Part shown: positions 10,053 through 21,129 of the stretch, in pieces | Numbering within the stretch: the stretch's first letter is position 1 | Layout of the letters: each line of letters starts with the position of its first letter | From: Candidatus Sericytochromatia bacterium | Lineage (GTDB): Bacteria; Cyanobacteriota; Sericytochromatia; S15B-MN24; VGJW01 | NCBI GenBank assembly: GCA_035285865.1 | Contig: JAYKHS010000014.1 | Coordinates: 123,811 to 187,810 of the forward strand | DNA length: 64,000 nt | Direction of reading: 5' to 3' | The notes under the pieces: model-generated | Databases searched by the model: none | The model's input: only the letters and a program-made list of their open reading frames with translations | What the model was told of the DNA's origin: nothing | Program-made: the position numbers and the translations under genes

Positions 10053-11129
10053 ATGGATCACGCGGGCCGTCTTGCCAGGCTGCGTCAGTATCTGGCGGAC
10101 CAGAAGCGGTCACACCTGCTCGTGTGCCATCCGGCCAACGTGGCTTGGCTCAGCGGCTGTTCGGCCGAGGGCGCCTGTCTCCTCGTCGGACCCGAGCGAT
10201 GCCGGATCTTCCTCGACGGACGTGCCGCAAGGACATGGCAAGGTCGGCTCACGGCCCGGATCGAGCTGCTGGCGTCCGGCCCCGACGGTTTCGGGCCGCT
10301 CATCGGGCGCTGCCTCGATCGCACGCGGGGGTGCCTCCATTTCGAGCCGGACGGACTGGACTGGTGGCAGGCCGTCGCGCTGGCGCAGGCCCTGCCGACG
10401 GGCTGGTCTCTGGAGGCGGCGGGCGGGGACGTCGAGGTCTTGCGGCAGCGGAAGGACCCGGATGAGATCCGGATTTTGGGGGATCTTGCCCGGGATGCGG
10501 GCCGGCTTCGCGCAAGGGCGGCGGAGATGCTTCGGGAAGGCAGTCCGGTGTCGGATGTCCGGGCCGTGATACTCGAGGGCATTGCCCGCTGTGAGGCGTG
10601 GCCCGCATTTCGACCGCTGCTCGCCACGGGACTGGACACGCTGGATCTGCACCCGGCAGGGCCTGGCCGTTCGACGGCCGGGGAGGGCCTCGCGCTCGTG
10701 GATCTGGGTCTTTCCCGGGCGGGTCTGAACAGTGACGTCGCGACCAGCGTGCTGGTCGCCGGGCGTGCGGCCCGGAGCCACGGCACGCTGTTGGCTATTG
10801 CCGAAGAGGCCTTCCGCGCGGCGGTCGCCGCCGTGGGGCCCGGAGTGCCTGCGGCGGAGGTCGCCGGGGCGGCCCATCGGGTGCTGCGTCGCCACGGGCT
10901 GGAGGCGCGTCATGATGCCGGGCACGGGATTGGCTGGCAGGTCCACGAGGCGCCGTGGATTGCCGAGGAGAGTCCGGACGTGATCGAGGAAGGCATGGTG
11001 CTTTGCCTCGAGCCGGGGGCCTATCATCCCGCGGTCGGCGGGGGGCGGCGCGAGGAAATGGTGCTCGTGACCCGGGGCGGAGCCGTGGTCCTGGGGCAAG
11101 TGGCGGCAGACGGCCGCCCGTTGGTATGA
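10053..11129 (+). CDS. M24 family Xaa-Pro aminopeptidase/dipeptidase
   Basis: RBS caggagg 6 nt upstream of the ATG. Pita-bread-fold motifs in the C-terminal half ([30 protein letters not shown]). Confidence 0.8.
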   Translation: MDHAGRLARLRQYLADQKRSHLLVCHPANVAWLSGCSAEGACLLVGPERCRIFLDGRAARTWQGRLTARIELLASGPDGFGPLIGRCLDRTRGCLHFEPDGLDWWQAVALAQALPTGWSLEAAGGDVEVLRQRKDPDEIRILGDLARDAGRLRARAAEMLREGSPVSDVRAVILEGIARCEAWPAFRPLLATGLDTLDLHPAGPGRSTAGEGLALVDLGLSRAGLNSDVATSVLVAGRAARSHGTLLAIAEEAFRAAVAAVGPGVPAAEVAGAAHRVLRRHGLEARHDAGHGIGWQVHEAPWIAEESPDVIEEGMVLCLEPGAYHPAVGGGRREEMVLVTRGGAVVLGQVAADGRPLV

Positions 11130-11719
11130 TGGGCTCCCTTCCCTGCACCGAGGTTCCGCCCTTGATCTCCACCAACGACCTGCGCACCGGCACCACCATC
11201 GAAATCGAAGGTGACGTCTTCGTGGTCCAGGACTTCCAGCACGTCAAGCCGGGCAAGGGCGCGGCATTCGTCCGCACGCGACTCAAGAACGCCAAGACCG
11301 GCAACGTGGTCGAGCGGACGTTCCGGGCGGGCGAGAAGGTGGCGCGTGCCGTCCTCGAGAAGAAGCAGATGCAGTACATGTACGCGTCCGACGACGAGTA
11401 CTACTTCATGGACCTCGAGACCTTCGATCAGACCCCCATCCTGGCCGACAAGCTGGGCGACAAGATCAAGTGGCTCAAGGAAGAGATGGTCATCGAGATC
11501 CTGACGTGGCAGGGCATGATTCTGGGCATCGACCTGCCCAACTTCGTGGAACTGCGCATCGTCGACACGCCCCCGGGCGTCAAGGGCGACACGGCATCCG
11601 GCGGCGGCAAGCCGGCGACGCTCGAGACCGGTGCTGTCGTTCAGGTGCCCTTCTTCGTCAACCCGGACGAGGTCATCCGCGTCGATACCCGTACGGGCAC
11701 GTATCTGGACCGGGTCTGA
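11126..11719 (+). CDS. efp: elongation factor P
   Basis: [42 protein letters not shown] is the canonical EF-P N-terminus. The true start may be the TTG at 11162 (giving MISTND) rather than the ATG at 11126. Confidence 0.9.
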   Translation: MMGSLPCTEVPPLISTNDLRTGTTIEIEGDVFVVQDFQHVKPGKGAAFVRTRLKNAKTGNVVERTFRAGEKVARAVLEKKQMQYMYASDDEYYFMDLETFDQTPILADKLGDKIKWLKEEMVIEILTWQGMILGIDLPNFVELRIVDTPPGVKGDTASGGGKPATLETGAVVQVPFFVNPDEVIRVDTRTGTYLDRV

Positions 11720-11723
11720 CGCA

Positions 11724-12173
11724 TTGGACCTGGGGCTTTCGGAAATCCGCGAACTGGTTCGCATCCTGCAGGATGGGGGCCTGTCGGAGCTGGCTGTCGA
11801 GGCCGGGTCCGTCAAGGTTCACTTGAAGCGGGGCGGCGTCGCGCTTCCCGTGGCTCCGGTCGAATCCGTCGTTTCTGCGTCGCCTGCGCTTCCCGCTGCG
11901 GCTCCCGCCCCGGCCCCTGTCGCGGTCGCCTCGGATAATCAGGTGGTCCGTTCGCCCATGGTGGGTACCTTCTACCGCTCGCCTTCCCCCGAGGCCCCGC
12001 CGTTCGTCGAGGAAGGCGCCGTCGTCACCCCCGGCCAGTGCCTGTGCATCATCGAAGCGATGAAGCTCATGAACGAGATCGAGGCCGAGCAGGGTGGCCG
12101 CGTCGTGAAGGTGCTCGTGGCGAACGGCGCGTTGGTCGAGTACGGCCAGCCGCTCTTCGAACTCGCCCGCTAA
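11724..12173 (+). CDS. accB: biotin carboxyl carrier protein of acetyl-CoA carboxylase
   Basis: TTG start 5 nt after the efp stop. Biotinyl-lysine motif CIIEAMKLMNEIEA. Ala/Pro-rich linker. Confidence 0.85.
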   Translation: MDLGLSEIRELVRILQDGGLSELAVEAGSVKVHLKRGGVALPVAPVESVVSASPALPAAAPAPAPVAVASDNQVVRSPMVGTFYRSPSPEAPPFVEEGAVVTPGQCLCIIEAMKLMNEIEAEQGGRVVKVLVANGALVEYGQPLFELAR

Positions 12174-12177
12174 GCCC

Positions 12178-13520
<1,343 letters not shown>

Positions 13521-13524
<4 letters not shown>

Positions 13525-14306
13525 ATCCCGTGAGCGAAACCCTGAACATCCGCCGCCTTGCCCGCGAGCTGGCGCTGCTTTCGATGGCCCAGCTGGGTCC
13601 GCTTCCAGCCGAGGTCAAGCCGGAACTCGAGGAGCTGGTGACCCGTGCCGCCCACTTGCTTTCTGCCGAAGCGCGCGACAGGGTCGAGGAGGCTGCCGGT
13701 CTCGTGGACAAGGTGCGCCTCGAGCTGTCGTTGCTGGGCGAGGATGACGCGGCGCCGCGCCTGCTGGCCGAACTGGCCCGCCATGCCCGGAAGGATCCCC
13801 TCCCCGACCCTGCAGCCCTCGAAGAGGTGGCGCGCGCCTTCTGGAACGCTGCCCGGGACCTGGACGTCCTGGATCTGCTCAAGGGCGGTATCGTGTCGGC
13901 CCATGCCGCCCGGGTGCTGGAGGCGGCGGATGCGATGGATCGTGCGGCCGACCTGGTCGGCGAGGCGCTGGATTGGCCCGAGAAGGCCGCCATTGCCGGC
14001 GGTTCGAAGGTCCGGGCGTTTGCCATCGGCATGCTGCGCCAGTACCTGGATCATGCGGCAAGCATCGACGCAGCCATCGACGGGGCCCTCGAACACTGGT
14101 CCATCGAACGTCTTGCGGCCGTCGATCGGGACCTGCTGCGCCTCGCCGTCGCCGAGATCCGGCACGCCGAGGACATCCCCCTCGAGGTCGCGATCAATGA
14201 GGCCGTCGAGTTGGCCAAGCGCTACGGCACCGAAGAGTCGGGCCGCTTCGTGAATGGCGTGCTGGCGCGCTTCGCCCAGGACCGCAACGGGAGCCCGCGC
14301 GCCTGA
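13521..14306 (+). CDS. nusB: transcription antitermination factor NusB with a long internal insertion
   Basis: ATG overlaps the accC stop (ATGA). NusB-like N-terminal helix (RRLARELALLSMAQL) and C-terminal core (RLAAVDRDLLRLAVAEI..INEAVELAKRYGTEESGRFVNGVL) are separated by about 110 extra residues. Confidence 0.7.
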
Positions 14307-15535
14307 TGCGTTGGTGGGACAAACTGCGGGGCGTCGCCACCGAGCCCCCGACGGAAGCGGTGCAGGCACCCGGGGCCTCGCCACCGCCCCCGGCACCTGC
14401 ACAGGATTCCGGTGCCGGTCCGATGGCTGCGGATGTGCCGCCGCAAGGCGACGGTCCGACGGCTGAGCCGGTTCTCGTCCCTGCCGTGGACGCCACGGCA
14501 GGCCTTGATGACGGTGGAGAGGAGGGCGGCCGCCCGGAGAGTTTCTGGGGCAAGGCCTGGGCCTTCCTGAACACGCCCATCCCTGGCACGCCCTCGTTCC
14601 GCATGGAGGGCGAGACGGTCGAACGGCTGCGCGAGCGGCTGACTCGGACGCGTGGTCAGCTGGTCGACAGGGTGCGGGATCTGTTCCGCGGCCGTGCCCA
14701 CGTGGACGCCGAGACCTGGGATAGCCTCGAGGAGATTCTGCTCGAATCGGATCTTGGTCCCGGCCTGACGGAGCAGGCGCTCGATCATCTGCGCGCCGGC
14801 CTCAAGGCCGGCACCGTCACGCCGGATGACCTGACGCGCGAGCTTGCGCTCTTCCTGGCCGCACGCCTCGGACCGGCGCGCCCTTGGGTCCCCGATTCGG
14901 ATCGGCTCAACGTGGTCACGTTGGTGGGGGTCAACGGGGCCGGGAAGACCACGACGCTGGGCAAGCTGGCTCGTCGCCTCGTCCTCGAGAATCGCAAGGT
15001 GGTGGTCGCCGCGGCCGATACCTTCCGCGCAGCTGCCGTGGAGCAGTTGGCCGTCTGGGCTGCACGTTCGGACGTGCCCCTGATCCGGCATGCCGAAGGT
15101 GGCGATGCGGCTGCGGTGGTCTTCGATGCCGTCCGGGCCGCCAAGGCACGGGAAGCGGGCGTGCTGCTGGTCGATACGGCAGGCCGCTTGCAGAACAAGA
15201 CAAACTTGATGGCCGAGTTGGCCAAGATCGGTCGCGTGCTCGATCGCGAGGCCCCCGACGCCTTGCGGGAGACTTGGCTTGTCCTGGATGCGACGACGGG
15301 CCAGAACGGCCTGCGGCAGGCCGAGGTCTTCGGGCAGGCCGTCCCGCTCACCGGCGTGGTGCTGACCAAGCTCGACGGTACGGCCAAGGGGGGTGTCGTT
15401 TTCTCGATCCAGAGCCAGCTCGGCATTCCGGTTCGGCTCGCAGGCCTTGGGGAAGGCGTCACGGATCTGCGAGACTTCGATCCCGAGGTCTTCGTCTCGG
15501 CGCTCTTCGAGGACGAGCGTCCACAAGGAGCCTGA
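14306..15535 (+). CDS. ftsY: signal recognition particle receptor FtsY
   Basis: Acidic, low-complexity N-terminus followed by an SRP-GTPase NG domain (LVGVNGAGKTTT, DTAGRLQNK, TKLDGTAKGG). Confidence 0.9.
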   Translation: MRWWDKLRGVATEPPTEAVQAPGASPPPPAPAQDSGAGPMAADVPPQGDGPTAEPVLVPAVDATAGLDDGGEEGGRPESFWGKAWAFLNTPIPGTPSFRMEGETVERLRERLTRTRGQLVDRVRDLFRGRAHVDAETWDSLEEILLESDLGPGLTEQALDHLRAGLKAGTVTPDDLTRELALFLAARLGPARPWVPDSDRLNVVTLVGVNGAGKTTTLGKLARRLVLENRKVVVAAADTFRAAAVEQLAVWAARSDVPLIRHAEGGDAAAVVFDAVRAAKAREAGVLLVDTAGRLQNKTNLMAELAKIGRVLDREAPDALRETWLVLDATTGQNGLRQAEVFGQAVPLTGVVLTKLDGTAKGGVVFSIQSQLGIPVRLAGLGEGVTDLRDFDPEVFVSALFEDERPQGA

Positions 15536-15539
15536 GCCC

Positions 15540-16820
15540 TTGGCCCGCCGCGTCGTCCCGGTGCTGTTGGTCCTCGCCGCGTGTCTGCAGGCCGTGCTTC
15601 CCGCAACGGCCGGCGCCGCCGACCTGCTCGAGAGCATCCGCGCGCGCGAGGTCTACGACGCCCGGCGTCCGCTCCGGGCGATGCCCTGTTCGAGCGGGGA
15701 AGAGGCCACCGCACAGGTCTGGCTGCGTGCCGATGCCGAAGAAATCTATCCTCGGGCGCTTGCCCTGATCGACGCAGCCCGTGAGGAAGTCCTGCTGGAC
15801 ATGTACCTGTTGGGTGGACGCATCGGGCATCGGGTCGCGGCGGCGCTCGCCCGCGCACGCGACAGGGGTTGCCGGGTCCACGTGACCACCTGCCCAGTGG
15901 AACAGACCATCGGCACGACCACCGACCTGCTGGTGGCGCAGTGGGCGGTCATGCGCAAGGCCGATCTCGCGCCCGAGGCCTATCCCCTGTCCCGCTTGCC
16001 GAAGGCCGAGCGCAACCCGCTGACGGTCATCGACCATGCCAAGGTGCTGGTATGCGATCGACGACGCGGCATGATGGGGGGGGCCAATCTGTTCGAGATT
16101 GCCGATACCGACCACGATCTCATGCTCGAGTTCGAAGGCGACATCGGCGAGGCGCTGGCCAGGGAGGTCGCGCGCCCTTTCGGTTGGCCGTTGCCGCCGC
16201 TGCAGCAGCCCGTGGTTGCGCCTCGTGCCGATGGTAAGCAGGCTTCGCTCGCCTTGGTGCGCAACGACGAGGAGATGGCTTGCGGCAAGGAACACCTGAT
16301 GCGCTTGCTGCGGGGCGCGAGACATCGCATCGAGGCCGGCGTGTTCGAGTTCAGCGACCTCGAGGTGGCCGAGGCGCTTGTTGCCGCGCACCGTCGTGGC
16401 GTCGCGGTCAAGGTGCTGCTGGACCGGCACAGGTTCGACGGCAAGTGGTCCGGTGGTCCGACCGCGAACATCCCGCGCTGGGGCGTGCCCAATCTGGTCG
16501 TCGCGGAGCGCCTGCTCGAGGCTGGCGTGCCGGTGCGCTGGTACGAGGCCAGGCGGGATCAGGAGGAGTTCCACGCCAAGTACGCGATCATCGACGGCGA
16601 GGTCGGGTTCTTCGGGTCGCTCAACTGGACGCCGAGCGCCTTCCATCGGTTTCGCGAACTCAACGTCCACTGGCAGGGGCCCAGCGTCCGACTGCTGGAG
16701 TCCAGTTTCCTCGGGGACTGGAACCGCCACGCGCAGCCGGTCCGCCGTCTGGATGCCTGGCAGCGCTGGGGAGCGCGGGCGATCGAATGGCTCGATCGGC
16801 AGGGCATCTGCTACTGGTGA
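15540..16820 (+). CDS. phospholipase D/nuclease-family protein (two HKD motifs), secreted lipoprotein
   Basis: TTG at 15540 with an aaggag RBS 10 nt upstream. Signal VPVLLVLAAC. Two HxK(x)4D motifs (HAKVLVCD, HAKYAIIDG). Confidence 0.7.
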   Translation: MARRVVPVLLVLAACLQAVLPATAGAADLLESIRAREVYDARRPLRAMPCSSGEEATAQVWLRADAEEIYPRALALIDAAREEVLLDMYLLGGRIGHRVAAALARARDRGCRVHVTTCPVEQTIGTTTDLLVAQWAVMRKADLAPEAYPLSRLPKAERNPLTVIDHAKVLVCDRRRGMMGGANLFEIADTDHDLMLEFEGDIGEALAREVARPFGWPLPPLQQPVVAPRADGKQASLALVRNDEEMACGKEHLMRLLRGARHRIEAGVFEFSDLEVAEALVAAHRRGVAVKVLLDRHRFDGKWSGGPTANIPRWGVPNLVVAERLLEAGVPVRWYEARRDQEEFHAKYAIIDGEVGFFGSLNWTPSAFHRFRELNVHWQGPSVRLLESSFLGDWNRHAQPVRRLDAWQRWGARAIEWLDRQGICYW

Positions 16821-16847
16821 CGCCCGGCAGGGCGCGGCCCGCCGGCC

Positions 16848-17213
16848 TCAGCCGCCGCGGACGGACTGGCTGAGCTTGACGAAGCGCTCGTCCATCTCGC
16901 GCAGACGCTGGGCCAGCAGCCGTGCGATGCGCGCGACCAGCATCGGATTGGTCTCGACCAGCGAAGCCACGTCGTGAATCACCAGGAACTCGGACGGCTG
17001 GTTCGCGAAGACCGTGGCCGTGCGGGGAGACTCGAGCAGGAAGGAAACCTCCCCGAAGACCGAGCCGGCCTCATTGACCGAGGCGATGATCTGGCCGTGC
17101 ATCTGGATATCGACGCCGCCCGAGAGCAGCATGTAAAGCTCGTGGCTGTGCTCGCCCTCGAGGAACAGGGCCTGACCAGCCTGGTACGTGCGGCGGGTTG
17201 ATGCTTCGGACAT
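16848..17213 (-). CDS. stand-alone cyclic-nucleotide-binding (cNMP) domain protein
   Basis: 121 aa. cNMP-binding beta-barrel signature (GEVSFLLESPRTATVFA) with no attached effector domain. Confidence 0.65.
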   Translation of the reverse strand: MSEASTRRTYQAGQALFLEGEHSHELYMLLSGGVDIQMHGQIIASVNEAGSVFGEVSFLLESPRTATVFANQPSEFLVIHDVASLVETNPMLVARIARLLAQRLREMDERFVKLSQSVRGG

Positions 17214-17338
17214 GGGGTCGGATCTCGCGGGGGACGGAACATGGCCAGCATACCCCGGCAGCCGACGTTGGCACGGACCTGGGTCACATCCGACCGGCCA
17301 TGACGCCCGGCTTGCCCGGCCTGCGGGCCCGTGCGACC

Positions 17339-18250
17339 ATGCCCGCCATGAACCTCGGAGCGTGGACCCTCGACTGGCTGCATGACACGGCTTTCGGGCT
17401 TGATGGCGGGGCGATGTTCGGGGTGGTGCCCCGCGTGGTCTGGCAACGCAAGTATCCGGCTGACCGGGACCATTTCATCCCGCTGGCCCTGCGACCCCTG
17501 CTGATCCGGGGTCATGGCCGGACGTTGCTGGTGGACTCCGGATACGGCAGCAAGCTGGATGGGCGCCAGCAGGGCCAGTTCCGGCTGATCCGACCCTGCG
17601 ATCCCTTGCGCACGCTGGCGGCGGCCGGACTGGTCCCGGATGACATCACGGATGTCGTCGTGACGCACATGCATCCGGATCATGCGGGCGGTCTCGTCTC
17701 CCGTCAGGAGGACGGCAGCCTCGTGCCGACTTTCCCCCGGGCCCGCATCCATCTGCAGGCGCGCGAGGTCGAGGCCCTGCACACGCCGCATCCCCGGACC
17801 CGCCACGCCTATCCCGACGAGAATTGGCGTCCGCTCGAGGAAGCCGGCCTGCTCGAGCCGGCTGATGGCCACAAGGTCCTCGCTCCGGGCCTCGAACTGC
17901 ACCACACGGGTGGGCATTCGCTCGGCCATCAGGCCCTGACCTTGTCGGGCGGCGGTCAGACCATCCTGCATCTCGGAGACCTCATGGCCACCCACGCCCA
18001 TTTGAATCCGCTGTGGGTCATGGCCTTCGACGACTTCCCGATGGACAGCATCCTCGCCAAGCAGGACTGGATGGCCAAGGCTCGCGAGGGCCAATGGTGG
18101 GTGGCGTTCTACCACGATCTGTTCCATCTGGCCGGCAGGGTCGGAGCAGATGGTCAGTGGACGGACTTCCTTCGTGCAGAGCGGACCGCGGACGTGGATG
18201 AGGCCCTTGCCAAGGTGGACATGGCGCTGCCGGCGGGGTTGGCGTGGTGA
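17339..18250 (+). CDS. metallo-beta-lactamase-fold hydrolase (lactonase-like)
   Basis: HxHxDH motif (THMHPDHAGG) with downstream His/Asp ligands. Start could be 17300, 17339 or 17348. Confidence 0.7.
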   Translation: MPAMNLGAWTLDWLHDTAFGLDGGAMFGVVPRVVWQRKYPADRDHFIPLALRPLLIRGHGRTLLVDSGYGSKLDGRQQGQFRLIRPCDPLRTLAAAGLVPDDITDVVVTHMHPDHAGGLVSRQEDGSLVPTFPRARIHLQAREVEALHTPHPRTRHAYPDENWRPLEEAGLLEPADGHKVLAPGLELHHTGGHSLGHQALTLSGGGQTILHLGDLMATHAHLNPLWVMAFDDFPMDSILAKQDWMAKAREGQWWVAFYHDLFHLAGRVGADGQWTDFLRAERTADVDEALAKVDMALPAGLAW

Positions 18251-18903
18251 CGGTCGGGCTCGCGGGCCCCGAAGCTGCCGCAAGGGTGCTTGGTGTCCGC
18301 CCGGCCAAGATACTGGCCGTCGGGCTCAATTTCCGCTCGCACCTGCACGGTCGTCCCGTGCCCGAGAAGCCCGAGCTCTTCCTGAAGCCTTCCTCGAGTC
18401 TGGCGGGACCTGAAGCACAGGTTCTCCTGCCGGATGGTGCGACACGTCCTCAGGCCGAGGGAGAGCTGGCCGTCGTCGTCGGCAGCGTCCTGCGCGATGC
18501 GACGGCGACCGAGGCAGCGGCGGCGATCCGCGGCTATACCTGTGCCTTCGACATCACGGATCGGGCCTGGCAGCAGGGTGACCGACAGTGGTGGCGGGCC
18601 AAGGGCTGCGACACGTGGTGTCCGGTCGGTCCCGTCGTCGTGCCTGCGGAGGCCTTCGACCCGGATCAGGCACACCTGACGACACGGTGTGCCGGCAGCG
18701 TCGTGCAGGATGCACCTCTTTCGGACCTGATCTTCAAGGTTCCCGAGGTCCTGGCCTTCGCCTCGCGACACATGACCCTCGAACCCGGCGACCTGGTCCT
18801 GATGGGCACGCCGGGTGAGACGCCCGACCTGGTACCCGGGATGGACCTTGCGGTCACGATTCGCGGGATCGGCACCCTCGAGGCAACGGTTGCCCTAAGG
18901 TAA
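18244..18903 (+). CDS. fumarylacetoacetate hydrolase (FAH) family protein
   Basis: GTG overlaps the upstream stop. FAH-fold motifs (ELFLKP, GELAVVVG, GYTCAFDITDRAWQ). Confidence 0.8.
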   Translation: MVTVGLAGPEAAARVLGVRPAKILAVGLNFRSHLHGRPVPEKPELFLKPSSSLAGPEAQVLLPDGATRPQAEGELAVVVGSVLRDATATEAAAAIRGYTCAFDITDRAWQQGDRQWWRAKGCDTWCPVGPVVVPAEAFDPDQAHLTTRCAGSVVQDAPLSDLIFKVPEVLAFASRHMTLEPGDLVLMGTPGETPDLVPGMDLAVTIRGIGTLEATVALR

Positions 18904-18924
18904 CTTGACACAGTCGCACTAAAG
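18904..18924 (+). promoter_or_regulatory. HAIR-like inverted repeat upstream of the DnaJ-class gene
   Basis: cttgaca-N7-actaaag (5/7 and 6/7 matches to HAIR half-sites), 17 nt upstream of the ATG at 18941. Confidence 0.45.
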
Positions 18925-18940
18925 TCAGAGACTTGAAGCC

Positions 18941-19963
18941 ATGGGCACCAAGGCGCGCGATCCGTACTCCGTTCTGGGAGTCAAGCGGGATGCGTCCGAT
19001 CAGGAGATTCGTTCCGCCTGGGTGAAGCTGGCCAAGAAGTGGCATCCTGACCGCCATCAGGAATCCGAGAAGGCCCGCCAGGAAGCCGAACGCCGGATCA
19101 AGGAGATCAACGAGGCCTACGAGACGCTCTCGGATCCCGAACGGCGGGCCCGATTCGACCGTTTCGGCGCGGACGGACCTTTCGAAGGGACGGGTCAAGG
19201 GCCTTTCCGCCCCGGCCAGGGGCCATTCGGCGGGGGCTTCGGCGGTGCGGGCTTCGGCGGCGAGGGCTTCGGCCGCATCCTCGAGGGCATGTTCGAGGAT
19301 CTGTTCCGGGCGGAAGCACCGCGGGGGCGTCCTGCCGGAGCGTCGCGCACGCCAGAGGAAGTGCGCATCGAGGTGCGCCTGCGGGAGGCCCACGCAGGCA
19401 CGCGCAAGAAATTGCGGTTGCGCACCCAGGAGCCCTGCGGTGTCTGCCAGGGGCGGCGTCCGACCGGTCCTGCCCCGTGTCCGTCCTGCCAGGGCATCGG
19501 CATCAAGGTCCAGGAGCGGACCGTCGAGGTGAACCTTCCTGCCGGCGTCCGGGATGGTGCTCGGCTCCGGGTCCCCTCTCCGGACGGCGAACTGCTGCTT
19601 CGGGTTGCCCTGCAGCCGCACGCCCTCTACACCGTGTCCGGCGATGATCTCGAGGTCGACTTGCCCGTCGCTCCGCACGAGGCCGTGCTGGGTGCCGAGG
19701 TCACGGTCCCGACGCTGGAGGGCGAGGTGCGCCTGAAGGTGCCCGAAGGCAGCCAGAGCGGCCGGATCCTGCGCATGAAGGGCAAGGGCCTGACCCGCAG
19801 GGGAGGGGGCCGTGGCGACATGCTGGTGCGGTTGGTCATTCGGGTTCCCGAGGCCCCGGATCCCGAGACCCGCAGGCTCTATGAGGCTCTGGCCCGCCAG
19901 GTCACGGACGGTTCGGGACGGACGGCCTGGCTCGAACGGGCCCGGGAACAACGCGATGGCTGA
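18941..19963 (+). CDS. DnaJ-class co-chaperone (J domain, G/F region, reduced zinc finger, C-terminal domains)
   Basis: J domain with HPD (KKWHPDRH). Gly/Phe-rich region. Only two CxxC pairs (CGVCQG, CPSCQG) instead of four. DnaJ-type C-terminal domains. Confidence 0.85.
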   Translation: MGTKARDPYSVLGVKRDASDQEIRSAWVKLAKKWHPDRHQESEKARQEAERRIKEINEAYETLSDPERRARFDRFGADGPFEGTGQGPFRPGQGPFGGGFGGAGFGGEGFGRILEGMFEDLFRAEAPRGRPAGASRTPEEVRIEVRLREAHAGTRKKLRLRTQEPCGVCQGRRPTGPAPCPSCQGIGIKVQERTVEVNLPAGVRDGARLRVPSPDGELLLRVALQPHALYTVSGDDLEVDLPVAPHEAVLGAEVTVPTLEGEVRLKVPEGSQSGRILRMKGKGLTRRGGGRGDMLVRLVIRVPEAPDPETRRLYEALARQVTDGSGRTAWLERAREQRDG

Positions 19964-20036
19964 GCAGGGCCGTGGACGGGGTATAGGATGGACTGGAGCC
20001 CCCCCTCGAGTCCCGCCTGGGGGAGGAGGAGCCGAA

Positions 20037-20348
20037 ATGCACCTGATCGAACGCCTGAAACGCATGCAGGACGACAACCAACTGGTCGAACTGTTCTTCG
20101 CGCCTGCCAACACCTGCTACCTCGCACGCATCGTGCGGGTGGGACAGGACTTCCTCGAGTTCGATGCCTACGACGAGGATGACACCGTCGTGGCCCACAA
20201 CATCGTGCCGCTGCAGCTCCTGATGGGCGTCACCACGCACTCCCTCGAGCGCAGCCGCAACCGTCTCGAGGCCCTGTTCAACCAGGACACGCCTGCGGAT
20301 CCGGGGTCCGAGGGCCCGGGCAGCCCCCAGTCGGGCAATCCGGCCTGA
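20037..20348 (+). CDS. hypothetical protein
   Basis: ATG with a gggaggagga RBS. 103 aa with no recognisable domain. An alternative longer start lies at 19956, overlapping the dnaJ stop. Confidence 0.4.
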   Translation: MHLIERLKRMQDDNQLVELFFAPANTCYLARIVRVGQDFLEFDAYDEDDTVVAHNIVPLQLLMGVTTHSLERSRNRLEALFNQDTPADPGSEGPGSPQSGNPA

Positions 20349-20352
20349 CCAC

Positions 20353-21129
20353 GTGGCTGTTCCAGCCGGATTGCTGCTGGCGGCGCTGCTGTCGTCGGCA
20401 CCCAAGGCCACGCCCGTCCCTGGACCTGGTCTGTTGCCCGGTGCGCCCCTGCAGGCCTTCAGGATCAAGACGCCAGGCTTGCGGCGCACGGGTGGCCTTG
20501 CGAGCCCGGACATGAGGCCCGGTTTCTCGCTGGAGACGTGGCAGGCCGGGCAGGCCCGCGAGTGGCGGGTCGACAGGGACATCCTCGTGGGGGATCCGAC
20601 CCTTCGTCCGCAAAGTCTGGTCTACGCCCCGCGCACGACGCTCGTGGTCCAGCGCGGTCCGCGTGGCGAGAGCATGGTGGTTGCGACGCGGAGTGGTCGT
20701 GTGGTGACCAAGCAGAAGGAAATTCAGAACACTCTCGATGTCGAGGCGGCCTGGATACGGCCCCCTGCGGCTGCCAAGGTCGGCCTGGTCGCACGCCTTC
20801 TGGCGCTGCTTCCCGGACGGGATCCGGGTGCGGCCGAACTTCGTGTCGTGCACGACAACGGCCGTCAGCGCATCTGGATGGGCGAGGCCTCGCCATCCGG
20901 GCTGGTGACGGTGGTGCTCGAGCCCGTTCTGCATCCCGAGCCAGAGGCGTCCGAGGATGAAGTTCTGGTCGACGAGAACGGCGAGGAGATCCCTGCCGCG
21001 ACACCGACGCCGGCAGTCGCGCGTCCGCGCAAGGGGCTGCTGGAGGTGTTGCGCTTCCCCCGCACGCACGCGCGGATCGTCCTCGAGGAGTTGGCCAGCT
21101 TCGTCAAGCTGGCGGGGAAGGGCAAGTGA
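20353..21129 (+). CDS. hypothetical secreted protein
   Basis: GTG start. N-terminal signal-like VAVPAGLLLAALLSSAPKA. Coding-like codon usage. Coupled to the next gene (stop/start overlap). Confidence 0.45.
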   Translation: MAVPAGLLLAALLSSAPKATPVPGPGLLPGAPLQAFRIKTPGLRRTGGLASPDMRPGFSLETWQAGQAREWRVDRDILVGDPTLRPQSLVYAPRTTLVVQRGPRGESMVVATRSGRVVTKQKEIQNTLDVEAAWIRPPAAAKVGLVARLLALLPGRDPGAAELRVVHDNGRQRIWMGEASPSGLVTVVLEPVLHPEPEASEDEVLVDENGEEIPAATPTPAVARPRKGLLEVLRFPRTHARIVLEELASFVKLAGKGK

